Assembly (NCBI GenBank): GCA_902624765.1 | Contig: CACNYO010000002.1 | Coordinates: forward strand, 10,875 to 74,874 | DNA length: 64,000 bases | DNA from: an uncultured SAR86 cluster bacterium | GTDB lineage: Bacteria > Pseudomonadota > Gammaproteobacteria > Magnimaribacterales > AG-339-G14 | Reading direction: 5' to 3' | Shown: in pieces, positions 1 through 9,012 of the stretch | Numbering within the stretch: the first letter of the stretch is position 1 | How the letters are laid out: each line of letters opens with the position of its first letter | Notes under the pieces: model-generated | Seen by the model: only the letters and a program-made list of their open reading frames with translations | What the model was told of the DNA's origin: nothing | Database searches by the model: none | Made by a program: the position numbers and the translations under genes

Positions 1-468
1 ATAGAGTTCAAAGATATCAGGAGTTGTCATTTTTGAAGATTGTAACTCGAGGCCTGAACCTCCATTTTCAATAGAATTAAAAAAAGACACCTTCATATTT
101 AACTGTTCATGTAATTGTTTCAGAAAATGAATTGTACTGGTCTTCCCATTTGTCCCAGTTATGCCAAATATCTTTTTAACTCGATTAAACTCATAGGCCC
201 TATTTGCTAAATCTACAAGTTTTTCTTCTAACCTAGGTACATGAATTATGTTTCTATTATCATTGGCATGATGTATGCCAGTAAGAACGGCTACTGCTCC
301 GTTATTAAAGGCATGATCTATATATTTATTTCCATCTTTTTCTGAAGAATTTTTCAATGCAACAAAAATATCTCCTGGATCTATGTCATTTGAATTGATA
401 CATATTTTTTCAAATTTAATATCACTTTTTAATTTACTGTCGTCTAATAAATTCTTTAGATTTTTCAT
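1..468 (-). CDS. murE: UDP-MurNAc-tripeptide synthetase MurE, 5' part (runs off window start)
   Basis: Not in ORF track. ATG at 468 overlaps the ftsI stop. Hand translation gives PGDIFVAL, the P-loop GITGTNGKTS and the TTPD motif in frame. Confidence 0.9.
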   Translation of the reverse strand, partial: MKNLKNLLDDSKLKSDIKFEKICINSNDIDPGDIFVALKNSSEKDGNKYIDHAFNNGAVAVLTGIHHANDNRNIIHVPRLEEKLVDLANRAYEFNRVKKIFGITGTNGKTSTIHFLKQLHEQLNMKVSFFNSIENGGSGLELQSSKMTTPDIFELY

Positions 469-2093
469 GACGAAGCAAAAATTGATTTAAAAACATTTGA
501 AAAAATCGGGGCTGCAACATCTGAGCCTCCTGAGACATCATTTTTTGGTTCCTGGACCGTTATCGCTAGCAAATATCTCTTACTATTTTTTTCTATAAAT
601 CCTACAAACAAAGCATTTATAGAATCTTCATCGTATCCTTGATCTTTAGATATGAAGCTTGTCCCTGTTTTTCCACCAACAACTCCACCTTCTACCCTAG
701 CAAGTTTTCCAGTCCCATTATTAACAGTATGAATTAAAATGTTTTTTATCTTATTGGTAGTTTCTTTTTTAAGAATTCTTTTGCTTGTTTCATTGCTTTC
801 TGATGAAATAATTTTTAGGTTTGCCTCCACGCCATCATTTAGAATCCCTGCATAAGCTTTTGCAATATGAAGCAAAGTTGTCTGTAGACCATATCCGTAA
901 CATAAACTAACTAAACCTCTTAAGGAAATATTCTGTTCTCCGGGCAAAAATCCTTCTCTATGATTTAAGAACATCTCACTAAAGTACTCTCCGATTCCAA
1001 AGGAACGCATTCCTGATATTACTCTTGATTTGTTCATTTGAGAGCATATTTTTACAGTTCCTACATTACTTGATTTAGCTATAACTTCGCTCACTGAAAG
1101 AATTCCATAATTTCTAAAATCCTCTGTTCTGTAATCCTCGAATTCAACCCATCCAGGATTAGTATCTATCAAGGTATCTTCGTTAATTAATTCATCATCT
1201 AGAGCTAAAGAAATACTGAGAGGTTTAAAAACGGAACCAGGTTCCATAAGAGAAACCGATGCCTTATTTGTCACTAAGGAAATATCTGATAAAGATTTTC
1301 TATCGTTTGGATTAAAACTAGGATAATTAGTTATTGCTAGAATTTCTTCAGAATCTAGATCAATCATTATTGCGGAGGCATTACTCGCATTGTTTGCGAT
1401 TACAGCTCTTTTCAATTCATCAAAAACAATGAATTGATAATCTGAATTAATAGATAACTTAATTAAGTCGCCATCCTTCTCCGGAATAATAACTTCTTCA
1501 ATAACTTTTCCGTTACCATCTCTTTTTAGATCTATTCTTCCATCTGAGCTATCAAGGCTTTTTTGAAAGCTGAGCTCTATACCTTGAAGGCCATCATTAT
1601 TTGTATCAGTGATCCCAATAAGTTGAGAAAAAGCTTCTCCTTCGGGATAATTTCTGTAGAACTTTTCATCAAACACTAACCCTTGGATTTTTTCTGTTTT
1701 AAGAGCCTCTACTTTTTTTCTATCTACTTTTTTAGAAATTTGAATGAATTTAAGTTTCTGATTAGAGGATCTTTCTCTTAGCTTTTGTTCTTCGATATTT
1801 AATAAATTAGATATAAATTTTATCTCGTCTGGTTTATATGAAAAATAATTAAGGTCTATTCCAACATCATAAAAAATAATATCTTCAGCCAATACTCGAT
1901 CGTTTCTATCGACTATCTTCCCTCGTGTTGACTTTATGACTTTACTTTGTGAAATACGACTATCAATTTTATCGAATGAAAAGTCTGCCTCAGTTATTTG
2001 GAAATATATTAATCTCACAAAGAGAAGCAAAAATAGTACAGGAAGAAAAAACCAGAGAACAAGTTCTCTGGTTTTTTCCGTTTGATGGCTCAA
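465..2093 (-). CDS. ftsI: Peptidoglycan transpeptidase PBP3
   Basis: N-terminal TM, RGKIVDRN, EPGSVFKP (SxxK), KSSNVG (SxN), GKTGT; lies directly before murE. Confidence 0.9.
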   Translation of the reverse strand: MSHQTEKTRELVLWFFLPVLFLLLFVRLIYFQITEADFSFDKIDSRISQSKVIKSTRGKIVDRNDRVLAEDIIFYDVGIDLNYFSYKPDEIKFISNLLNIEEQKLRERSSNQKLKFIQISKKVDRKKVEALKTEKIQGLVFDEKFYRNYPEGEAFSQLIGITDTNNDGLQGIELSFQKSLDSSDGRIDLKRDGNGKVIEEVIIPEKDGDLIKLSINSDYQFIVFDELKRAVIANNASNASAIMIDLDSEEILAITNYPSFNPNDRKSLSDISLVTNKASVSLMEPGSVFKPLSISLALDDELINEDTLIDTNPGWVEFEDYRTEDFRNYGILSVSEVIAKSSNVGTVKICSQMNKSRVISGMRSFGIGEYFSEMFLNHREGFLPGEQNISLRGLVSLCYGYGLQTTLLHIAKAYAGILNDGVEANLKIISSESNETSKRILKKETTNKIKNILIHTVNNGTGKLARVEGGVVGGKTGTSFISKDQGYDEDSINALFVGFIEKNSKRYLLAITVQEPKNDVSGGSDVAAPIFSNVFKSIFASS

Positions 2094-2099
2094 AGAAAT

Positions 2100-3227
2100 C
2101 TAATCTATTTGTTTTTTAACGAATGATGGAATATCAAGATATTCTGAATCCATTAAATCACTAGAAGAAACTTTTTTAGCTTCCCTAGAAGAATGAGAAA
2201 TTTCAGGTTTTGGAAGAATAGGTTCAACCGATTCAAATTCAAAAGTGTTTTTAAGCGGTTTTTTGGATCCACTTCCACCAAGGCCAGTTGCAACAATTGT
2301 TACCTTTATATCGGCTCCCATAGAGTCATCAAATGCCACACCATGAATGATTGTTGCATCTTGAGCAGCAAATTCTTTAACCAAGGCAAGAACTTCCTCA
2401 ACTTCACCTGTTTTCATATCTGTCCCAGCGGTGATATTGACGAGAACTCCTTTTGCGTTTTCTAAATTAATATCTTCTAGCAGTGGGCTTCCAACAGCTG
2501 CAGAGGCGGCTTCTTTTGCTCTACTAGGTCCGTTTGCAATTCCAGTACCCATCATGGCTGTTCCTTTTTCTGACATTACTGTTCTGACATCTTGGAAATC
2601 AACATTCATGAGCCCGGTTTGTGTGATGATATCTGATATGCCTCTCACAGCTCCCAGTAGAACATCGTTTGCCTGTTTGAAAGCATCAAGAAGGCTATGC
2701 TCTCTGCCAAGAACTTCCAATAATTTTTGGTTAGGGATTGCGATTAGTGAGTCAACTTCATCGGTAAGTTCTTTTAAGCCGGCATCTGCAATTTGATCTC
2801 GCATTTCAAGCTCTAATGGCTTGGTGACTACTGCAACTGTCAAAGCACCTATTTCTTTAGCAGCTCTAGCAACAATTGGTGCTGCTCCAGTTCCAGTTCC
2901 GCCACCCATTCCTGCTGCAACAAAAACCATATCTGAACCCTCAAGCAAGGTTTTAATTCTTTCAAGATCATCAAGGGCAGCATCTCTTCCAACCTCAGGT
3001 TTCCCTCCTGCTCCAAGACCATTCGAAATTCCGGTTCCAAGAGTAATTTTTAATTCTGCTAAATTGGTATCAAGCGCTTGCTCATCTGTATTAGCACAAA
3101 TCATTTGCACGCCTTCGATACCGCTTTCAACCATATGGTTCACTGCGTTTCCTCCAGCTCCTCCTACTCCAACTACTCTTATAAGAGCAGATGATTTAGT
3201 TTCATTTTCTACAACGGTCCAGTTCAT
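2100..3227 (-). CDS. ftsZ: Cell division GTPase FtsZ
   Basis: GVGGAGGNAV, GGGTGTG tubulin signature, C-terminal LDIPSF tail. Confidence 0.99.
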   Translation of the reverse strand: MNWTVVENETKSSALIRVVGVGGAGGNAVNHMVESGIEGVQMICANTDEQALDTNLAELKITLGTGISNGLGAGGKPEVGRDAALDDLERIKTLLEGSDMVFVAAGMGGGTGTGAAPIVARAAKEIGALTVAVVTKPLELEMRDQIADAGLKELTDEVDSLIAIPNQKLLEVLGREHSLLDAFKQANDVLLGAVRGISDIITQTGLMNVDFQDVRTVMSEKGTAMMGTGIANGPSRAKEAASAAVGSPLLEDINLENAKGVLVNITAGTDMKTGEVEEVLALVKEFAAQDATIIHGVAFDDSMGADIKVTIVATGLGGSGSKKPLKNTFEFESVEPILPKPEISHSSREAKKVSSSDLMDSEYLDIPSFVKKQID

Positions 3228-3245
3228 AGTCCCTCCTTATTTAAA

Positions 3246-4475
3246 TTAGAAATTGTTTTGAATCCATCTAAAAGCTTTGTTAAAAATGTTCTTGTCTTTC
3301 ATGAACAGATAGTTCATATGATCTTCTTCTTGTGATTTCTGGCTATATAAAACCAAACCCACAGCAGTGGCATATATTGGATTCCTTAAGATATCACTTA
3401 ACCCAATCAATCCTGATGGTGAGCCAATACGAACAGGAGCATTAAAAACTTCCTCAGCTAATTGAGCTACTCCTTCCATTCTGGATGTTCCGCCTGTGAT
3501 TACAATTCCGGCGGGAATATTATTTTCTAAAGAAGATAAGTTAAGTTTTTGTTTTATTAAGCCAAAAATATCCAGATACCTTTGCTCAATTACACTGGCA
3601 AGAGCCATTCTTGAAAAAATTTTATTTTTTCTTCCTGCCATACCTGGAACCTCTATTGTTTCATTTTCATGAATTATCGAGCTTGAAGCACATCCATACT
3701 TCTTCTTAAGTTCTTCTGCTTGCATGCTTGGAGTTTGAAGTGCTCTAGCAATGTCTTTAGTAATATGATCACCAGATGTTGGAATATTAGCGGTATGACT
3801 TATTGCTCCATTCTGAAAAACTGCAACATCTGAAGTTCCGCCACCCATGTCAATTAAACACGTTCCCAACTCTTTTTCGTCTTCTGACAAGACTGAGTAA
3901 CTTGACGCCAGTTGTTCCAAAACAAATCCTTCGACAGTAATACCGCATGCTTTCATGCAGGAGGATATGTTTTGAGCAGAGTTCCTGTTACAGGTGACTA
4001 AATGAACTTTGGTTTCCAGTCTTACGCCAGCCATTCCAAGAGGTTCTTTGATGCCATTTTGCTGATCAATAATATAGTCTCTTGGCAGAACATGAAGCAA
4101 TTGAGAGTCATCTGGAATTGCATACGCTTGTGCGGCAGTGATAACTCTATCAACGTCACTTACTTTGACTTTTTTATCTTTGATTCCTACAACACCTTCA
4201 GAATTTAAGCCATTGATATGACCCCCACTTATACCTACAAAGGCTGATGTGACTTGTTTACCGGACATCAATTCTGCATCATTAACTGCAGATTCTATTG
4301 CAGATACAGTTGATTCAATATCAACTATCACGCCATTTTTTAAACCTCGAGATGTTTGACTACCTAGGCCAATAACCCGTAATTCATGATCAACATATTC
4401 AGCAATTAAACAAACAACTTTTGAGGTTCCTATGTCGATTCCTACTCTGATGTTATTTGATCCGTTGGTAGCCAT
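3246..4475 (-). CDS. ftsA: Cell division protein FtsA
   Basis: GIDIGTSKV, DMGGGTSD, VITGGTS, YATAVGL. Start moved to the ATG at 4475, just after the ftsQ stop. Confidence 0.97.
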   Translation of the reverse strand: MATNGSNNIRVGIDIGTSKVVCLIAEYVDHELRVIGLGSQTSRGLKNGVIVDIESTVSAIESAVNDAELMSGKQVTSAFVGISGGHINGLNSEGVVGIKDKKVKVSDVDRVITAAQAYAIPDDSQLLHVLPRDYIIDQQNGIKEPLGMAGVRLETKVHLVTCNRNSAQNISSCMKACGITVEGFVLEQLASSYSVLSEDEKELGTCLIDMGGGTSDVAVFQNGAISHTANIPTSGDHITKDIARALQTPSMQAEELKKKYGCASSSIIHENETIEVPGMAGRKNKIFSRMALASVIEQRYLDIFGLIKQKLNLSSLENNIPAGIVITGGTSRMEGVAQLAEEVFNAPVRIGSPSGLIGLSDILRNPIYATAVGLVLYSQKSQEEDHMNYLFMKDKNIFNKAFRWIQNNF

Positions 4476-4476
4476 A

Positions 4477-5028
4477 TTAATCCCTAAACCCAATTGCTCC
4501 TTTGTTCTGATACCTAAGATCTAAATATGAAAAAGTATCTTTAATATTGTTAAAGTAAGAGCTCTGAAGAAATGTTTTAAGGTTTTTAAGTTGATTTTCT
4601 ATTTTTGATTTATTCATGTGAAACCTAATCCCTGAATTATCCTCTAAAGTCATTAAATCAAACTCTTCAATTAAAATTCTATTGAGAACTAAGTCAGATG
4701 ATTTCAAAATTTGATTAAAATCGAAAAAATATCTTAAGACAAAGTGAATATTATTTCTGTTTGCCTCAATATTGACTAACTTCAAATCTTCTTTAGTTTT
4801 AAATTTGAGGAGGCGACCAGATTGGGTCAGTATCTGGTCTTTTCCCCAAAAAACTAGAGGTTGATATTCTTTCACATGCAATTTTTTCATTGGCCAAGAG
4901 TTGACTTCTTTAGATGATTCTACAAAGTTAGGATTATCTTTTGAGAATAAAGGTTTAGGATCTTTAAAAACTTCGGATAAGAGAAAGGATGAAGCAAATA
5001 TCATTACAATGAACATTAAGAATTTCAC
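4477..5028 (-). CDS. ftsQ: Shortened cell division protein FtsQ/DivIB (183 aa)
   Basis: TM, then WPxKLxVxEYQPLVFW and C-terminal YLDLRY; immediately upstream of ftsA; GTG start overlaps the ftsL stop. Confidence 0.8.
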   Translation of the reverse strand: MKFLMFIVMIFASSFLLSEVFKDPKPLFSKDNPNFVESSKEVNSWPMKKLHVKEYQPLVFWGKDQILTQSGRLLKFKTKEDLKLVNIEANRNNIHFVLRYFFDFNQILKSSDLVLNRILIEEFDLMTLEDNSGIRFHMNKSKIENQLKNLKTFLQSSYFNNIKDTFSYLDLRYQNKGAIGFRD

Positions 5029-5303
5029 TTTTGTTCTCCTTGAATGAAAACAACTGAATCAGGTAGGATCATTCCATATTCATCAACTGTTTTTTCTTTT
5101 ACTGAATTGTGAGAAGTTAAATTTAATATCTTATTCTTTAGGTAAACTGATTCTTCATCCAGCTTTGACTTGTAGTCATTTAACAAATACTTTTCTGAGA
5201 CTAATTGCTTGTAACTTGCATTCTTATTCAAAACTAAGTAAGAACTAAAAAAAGCAGAAATCAAAGATCCTAAAATAAATATCAATACCATTTGATTAAA
5301 CAT
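5025..5303 (-). CDS. ftsL: Cell division protein FtsL
   Basis: 92 aa; TM plus coiled coil plus C-terminal YGMILP; follows rsmH. Confidence 0.75.
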   Translation of the reverse strand: MFNQMVLIFILGSLISAFFSSYLVLNKNASYKQLVSEKYLLNDYKSKLDEESVYLKNKILNLTSHNSVKEKTVDEYGMILPDSVVFIQGEQK

Positions 5304-6150
5304 TTTTTATCGCAATTCTCATTATTGCGCTCCTTGATCTAGGATTAGACTTAATTTCGTTTATTGTCGGTTTAATGGGCTTTCCTTGCTTTTTTATACT
5401 TAAATTTTTTGCTTCTTCTGATCTAAGAAAGTTTTTAGCTATTCTGTCTTCTATGGAATGAAAACTTATGATGATTAATTTTCCATTTTTCTTGAGAAGG
5501 CAGGCTGCTGATTTAAATCCATTGATCATCTCTTCAATTTCATTATTTATATGCATTCTTATTGCTCTAAATACATTAGTTGCTGGATGACGCTTTTGTG
5601 AACTGCTATATTTCTCGATAAATAAAGAAAGCTGTGCTGTGGTTTTAAACTTACTCTTTTTTCTCGATTCAACAATTTTTTTGGCATAAAACCTAGATTT
5701 TCGCTCCTCACCTAAATGAAATAAGACGTCACTTATTTCTTTCTCTGTTGCAGTATTTATCCATTGTTCTGCTGTCATTTCCTCTTCTTTATTCATTCTC
5801 ATATCGAGAGGACCGTCTTTTTGAAAGCTAAATCCTCTATCTGGATCATCTAGCTGCATAGAAGAATTCCCAAGATCAAAAAAAATACCGTCTAATCTTG
5901 TATTTAAACTTTCAATTTCTGAAAAATTTAAGTTTTTAAAATGAAATCTTTTATCTTCAATTTTTTTTGAATACTGGGCAGTTTCTTTATCTCTATCTAT
6001 TGCGATTAATCTGCCATTGTCGTTAAGGTTTTCTAAAATCTCTTTCGAATGTCCTCCCAAACCAAAAGTGCAATCTAGATAAGTGCCGGCAGGATCGTGA
6101 ACTAAATTTTTAATAGTTTCGTTGATCATTACTGGCTGATGAGTAAACAT
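5296..6150 (-). CDS. rsmH: 16S rRNA m4C1402 methyltransferase
   Basis: HQPVM, DCTFGLGGHS, DLGxSSMQLD, RGFSF, PLDMRM, NPRSRSA. Confidence 0.98.
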   Translation of the reverse strand: MFTHQPVMINETIKNLVHDPAGTYLDCTFGLGGHSKEILENLNDNGRLIAIDRDKETAQYSKKIEDKRFHFKNLNFSEIESLNTRLDGIFFDLGNSSMQLDDPDRGFSFQKDGPLDMRMNKEEEMTAEQWINTATEKEISDVLFHLGEERKSRFYAKKIVESRKKSKFKTTAQLSLFIEKYSSSQKRHPATNVFRAIRMHINNEIEEMINGFKSAACLLKKNGKLIIISFHSIEDRIAKNFLRSEEAKNLSIKKQGKPIKPTINEIKSNPRSRSAIMRIAIKNV

Positions 6151-6154
6151 AATG

Positions 6155-6637
6155 CTAAAAAGGGATCTCCTGTACGTTAGAAGGTAAGTCGATATCTAAT
6201 TTTTCACCTTGAATTTGTTGACCTTTCTCTTTTGCAAGCCAATTTTTTTCATTCCATACTTCAAATTTCTGACCCATGCCAATCAAAGATACTTTTTCTT
6301 TAACTTTTAATTGAGCGTATTCTCTTAAGCTTTGGGGAATAAGTATTTGCATACGATCATTGACTTCAAAATCAATTAAATTTGCATATCCAAGGAAATT
6401 CCACTGAATAGATCTAATTTTTGAATCTAGGCCTGATAGGTTCTCAAAAGCTTTCGATATGGTTTTCCATAAACTGCCAGGATAAATTCTTAAGGAAGGA
6501 TATTGTGGGTCCCTTGTAATAACCAAAGAACCCTCTGAAACTTCTTTTAAAGCTTCTTTATACTTTGCTGGCATTGCGATTCTGCCTTTAGAATCCAATG
6601 CCAAACTACTGTATCCATAAAGTCCTATAGCCATCAA
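6155..6637 (-). CDS. mraZ: Transcriptional repressor MraZ
   Basis: LDSKGRIAMPAKY and second repeat ILIPQSLREYA; first gene of the dcw cluster. Start is TTG 6637 or ATG 6634; AAGGGG SD upstream. Confidence 0.93.
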   Translation of the reverse strand: MMAIGLYGYSSLALDSKGRIAMPAKYKEALKEVSEGSLVITRDPQYPSLRIYPGSLWKTISKAFENLSGLDSKIRSIQWNFLGYANLIDFEVNDRMQILIPQSLREYAQLKVKEKVSLIGMGQKFEVWNEKNWLAKEKGQQIQGEKLDIDLPSNVQEIPF

Positions 6638-6652
6638 ACAAGACCCCTTTTA

Positions 6653-6699
6653 CACACATAGATACACAAATGTGCACTTCAGCACACTTTAGCCACTTG
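6653..6699 (-). promoter_or_regulatory. Probable MraZ operator: five GTG-core boxes at about 10-bp spacing
   Basis: Minus strand reads AAGTGG, AAGTGT, AAGTGC, TTGTGT, ATGTGT, with the plus-strand CAC at 6694, 6685, 6675, 6665 and 6655. Confidence 0.7.
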
Positions 6700-6714
6700 T
6701 CTAATTACTGTCAA
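6686..6714 (-). promoter_or_regulatory. Sigma70-type promoter of the dcw operon
   Basis: TTGACA (6714-6709), 17 bp spacer, TAAAGT (6691-6686). Confidence 0.7.
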
Positions 6715-6759
6715 GAGGTTTAGTCCCAAAATATAAGGGTTTAAAGGATATTACTATGT

Positions 6760-7090
6760 GAGCTGACCTATAAGCCGGGTTCTGTAATTGGTAATCATTC
6801 ATCTGGGATTTATGTTGCCATAAACCTCTAGCAACCTACCCTGACCTAATGCGAGAAACATTTGCAGGCCTCTATTTGGTTTTGCTCCTGATGGGGTTTG
6901 CCAACAACTTTTGTTACCAAAAGCCTGGTGCGCTCTTACCACACCTTTTCACCCTTACCTTTTATTAGAAGGCGGTTTATTTTCTGTTGCACTATCCGTT
7001 ACTTCGCAGCACCCAGACGTTATCTGGCATCATTCTCTATGGAGCCCGGACTTTCCTCTATCTTTTTGACAGCGATTACCCGGTCAGCTC
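6760..7090 (-). ncRNA. rnpB: RNase P RNA, type A
   Basis: Minus strand GAGCTGACCGGGTAATCGC...GAGGAAAGTCCGGGCTCC...ACAGAACCCGGCTTATAGGTCAGCTC; complementary ends form P1; canonical rsmI-rnpB-mraZ position. Confidence 0.97.
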
Positions 7091-7097
7091 GAAGATC

Positions 7098-7125
7098 ATT
7101 ATAAGTATTTGGACCTATTTGTCAT
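7098..7125 (-). promoter_or_regulatory. Promoter of rnpB
   Basis: Perfect TATAAT (7103-7098) 7 nt before the RNA; ATGACA 16 bp upstream. Confidence 0.6.
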
Positions 7126-7951
7126 TCTTTGATTCTGCGAAAATTGAGTAAATCTCTTTGGAAGTTTTAGAAGAAATTTTTGACACAATCTTGGACGCTA
7201 CCTTTGTTCCATTCAATTTTTGAATCTCATCAAATAGAACTTTCTCATGTTCGACTGAAATACGTTGTTTCTCTTTAGAGCCTTCAATCACTAGAACTAT
7301 CTCGCCTTTTGTTAAAGTTTCATCTTTTTTTATTAAATTATAAATTTCTTTAGCTTCATCAGTTATTACCCTTTCAAATTTCTTTGTTAGCTCTTTTGCT
7401 AAAGATATTTTCCTTTTAGGGCCTAAAATTTTGACTATTAAGTTGGTTAATCTTTCTATTCTTTTTGGAGATTCAAAGAGAATGATGGTTCTCTTCTCAT
7501 TTTTAAAATTTTTTAGGAAAGCTTCTAAATGACTATTTTTTTTTGGCGCGTATCCTTCAAAAACAAAGGAACTTGTTGATAAACCTGAAGAAACCAGAGC
7601 CGAAATAACTGAAGATGGACCAGGGATTGGAGTAACTTTTATTTTCTTCTCAATAGCTTTTGAAACTAAATCATATCCAGGATCAGAAATTAATGGAGTT
7701 CCTGCATCAGAAATAATGGCCAACGAGGTACCTTTTTTTAATAATTCTAAGAAATAATTAACTTTCAAAACATTTGTATGATCGTGATAAGAAAGTAATT
7801 TATTTTTTATTCCTAAGTCTTTGAGGAGGATTCCCGACTTCTTTGTATCCTCGCATAGAATTATATCAACTGAGGAAAGTACCTTCTGTGCTCTTAAAGA
7901 AATATCCAATTTATTTCCTATAGGTGTACTGACTAAATATAATGTAGACAA
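7115..7951 (-). CDS. rsmI: 16S rRNA Cm1402 2'-O-methyltransferase
   Basis: LYLVSTPIGN, CEDT, SDAGTPLISDPG, FESPKR, KELTKKFE; TTG start. Confidence 0.97.
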   Translation of the reverse strand: MSTLYLVSTPIGNKLDISLRAQKVLSSVDIILCEDTKKSGILLKDLGIKNKLLSYHDHTNVLKVNYFLELLKKGTSLAIISDAGTPLISDPGYDLVSKAIEKKIKVTPIPGPSSVISALVSSGLSTSSFVFEGYAPKKNSHLEAFLKNFKNEKRTIILFESPKRIERLTNLIVKILGPKRKISLAKELTKKFERVITDEAKEIYNLIKKDETLTKGEIVLVIEGSKEKQRISVEHEKVLFDEIQKLNGTKVASKIVSKISSKTSKEIYSIFAESKNDK

Positions 7952-7955
7952 TTTT

Positions 7956-9011
7956 ATGAAAAATCTTTTGAAATTAATTTCTTGTTTATCTATCAGTTTA
8001 TTCCTATTTCACTGTTCTATGAATATGGAAGATAAAATTTTGTTTGATAATGAGCAAATAATTGACAGTAACTTTTCTAAGTCTTTTTTAGAAAATTTCA
8101 ATAAAAATAAAAACTTTTCTTCTTCTTATAATATTTTTTTATCGGATGAGATAGATGAAGTTCTAGTTTCTTCTTTTATGAAAGGGATAGAGTTTGGGTT
8201 TTTCTCAAATCAAAATTCAATAAAGTCGAAAATCTCATTCGTTACTTTTGAAGAGCAAAATAATTGCGACATAATTAAATCAAAAGGTTTTAATGTTGTT
8301 CTTGTAAGAAATTTAAATTCAAATTTCTACAAAAAATGTCAAAAAAAATTATCTAGAAATTCACTTTTTACATCTTTAGCTGCTAATGGTGAAGTTGAAT
8401 TTCAAAAGATTGATGAAAAATCATTAACGATTGTTGGTAAAAATCGTGTATCAAAAAATAATGGAAGCGTTTTGTCTTTAAGAAATAGTTCTAATTACGA
8501 GCAAAAAATTGCCGATTATTTTGAAATCAATCTCAGTAATGAAAGAGTTAGATCTTTGAGGAATGTATTGAAGGAAAAATTAAATTTCTCTCCTCGAAAG
8601 AGAAAAGACGTAAATAAAATTTTTATTGATGCTTCGCCAAACGAGACGGAGAGGATTATTCCTGCTATTCGATACAACCTAATTTTTGGCGTGGAAGTGT
8701 TAACTTATCCTAAATCAATAGATGTTTGGAATTCAGAATTGGGCCTGAATGAATTAAATAAAATAGAAGGTTTTGAACATCCTATCTTATTGAACAGAAT
8801 AAATGTGTTTGAAAAAGTCCTTCTTGGTTTTGATGTAAATGAAAAAATTGCTTTTTCTAAAGGTTTTGACCTTTTCTTTTTTGGAACAAAAATTAGAAAT
8901 AGATCATCTAACTTTTCTGGATTGCTAGGCAAATATGAAGTCAAAGAAAATTTTGTTTTTTCTAGGCCTTTAAAATTCTCAATAGGTTTCAAAGGTGTAA
9001 AGCAAGGTTAA
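7956..9011 (+). CDS. LpoA/LppC-like outer-membrane lipoprotein, N-terminally shortened
   Basis: True start is likely ATG 7956 (MKNLLKL...LFHC, lipobox-like). FSPRKRKDVNKIFIDASP...RIIPAIRY resembles the LppC domain; divergent from rsmI as lpoA usually is. Confidence 0.65.
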   Translation: MKNLLKLISCLSISLFLFHCSMNMEDKILFDNEQIIDSNFSKSFLENFNKNKNFSSSYNIFLSDEIDEVLVSSFMKGIEFGFFSNQNSIKSKISFVTFEEQNNCDIIKSKGFNVVLVRNLNSNFYKKCQKKLSRNSLFTSLAANGEVEFQKIDEKSLTIVGKNRVSKNNGSVLSLRNSSNYEQKIADYFEINLSNERVRSLRNVLKEKLNFSPRKRKDVNKIFIDASPNETERIIPAIRYNLIFGVEVLTYPKSIDVWNSELGLNELNKIEGFEHPILLNRINVFEKVLLGFDVNEKIAFSKGFDLFFFGTKIRNRSSNFSGLLGKYEVKENFVFSRPLKFSIGFKGVKQG

Positions 9012-9012
9012 A

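Noticed and set aside
6898-7104. 68-aa plus-strand ORF
   Set aside because: It is the antisense of the RNase P RNA gene.
7821-7955. 45-aa N-terminal extension of the LpoA-like ORF in the track
   Set aside because: It overlaps rsmI in antisense; the signal peptide begins at ATG 7956.
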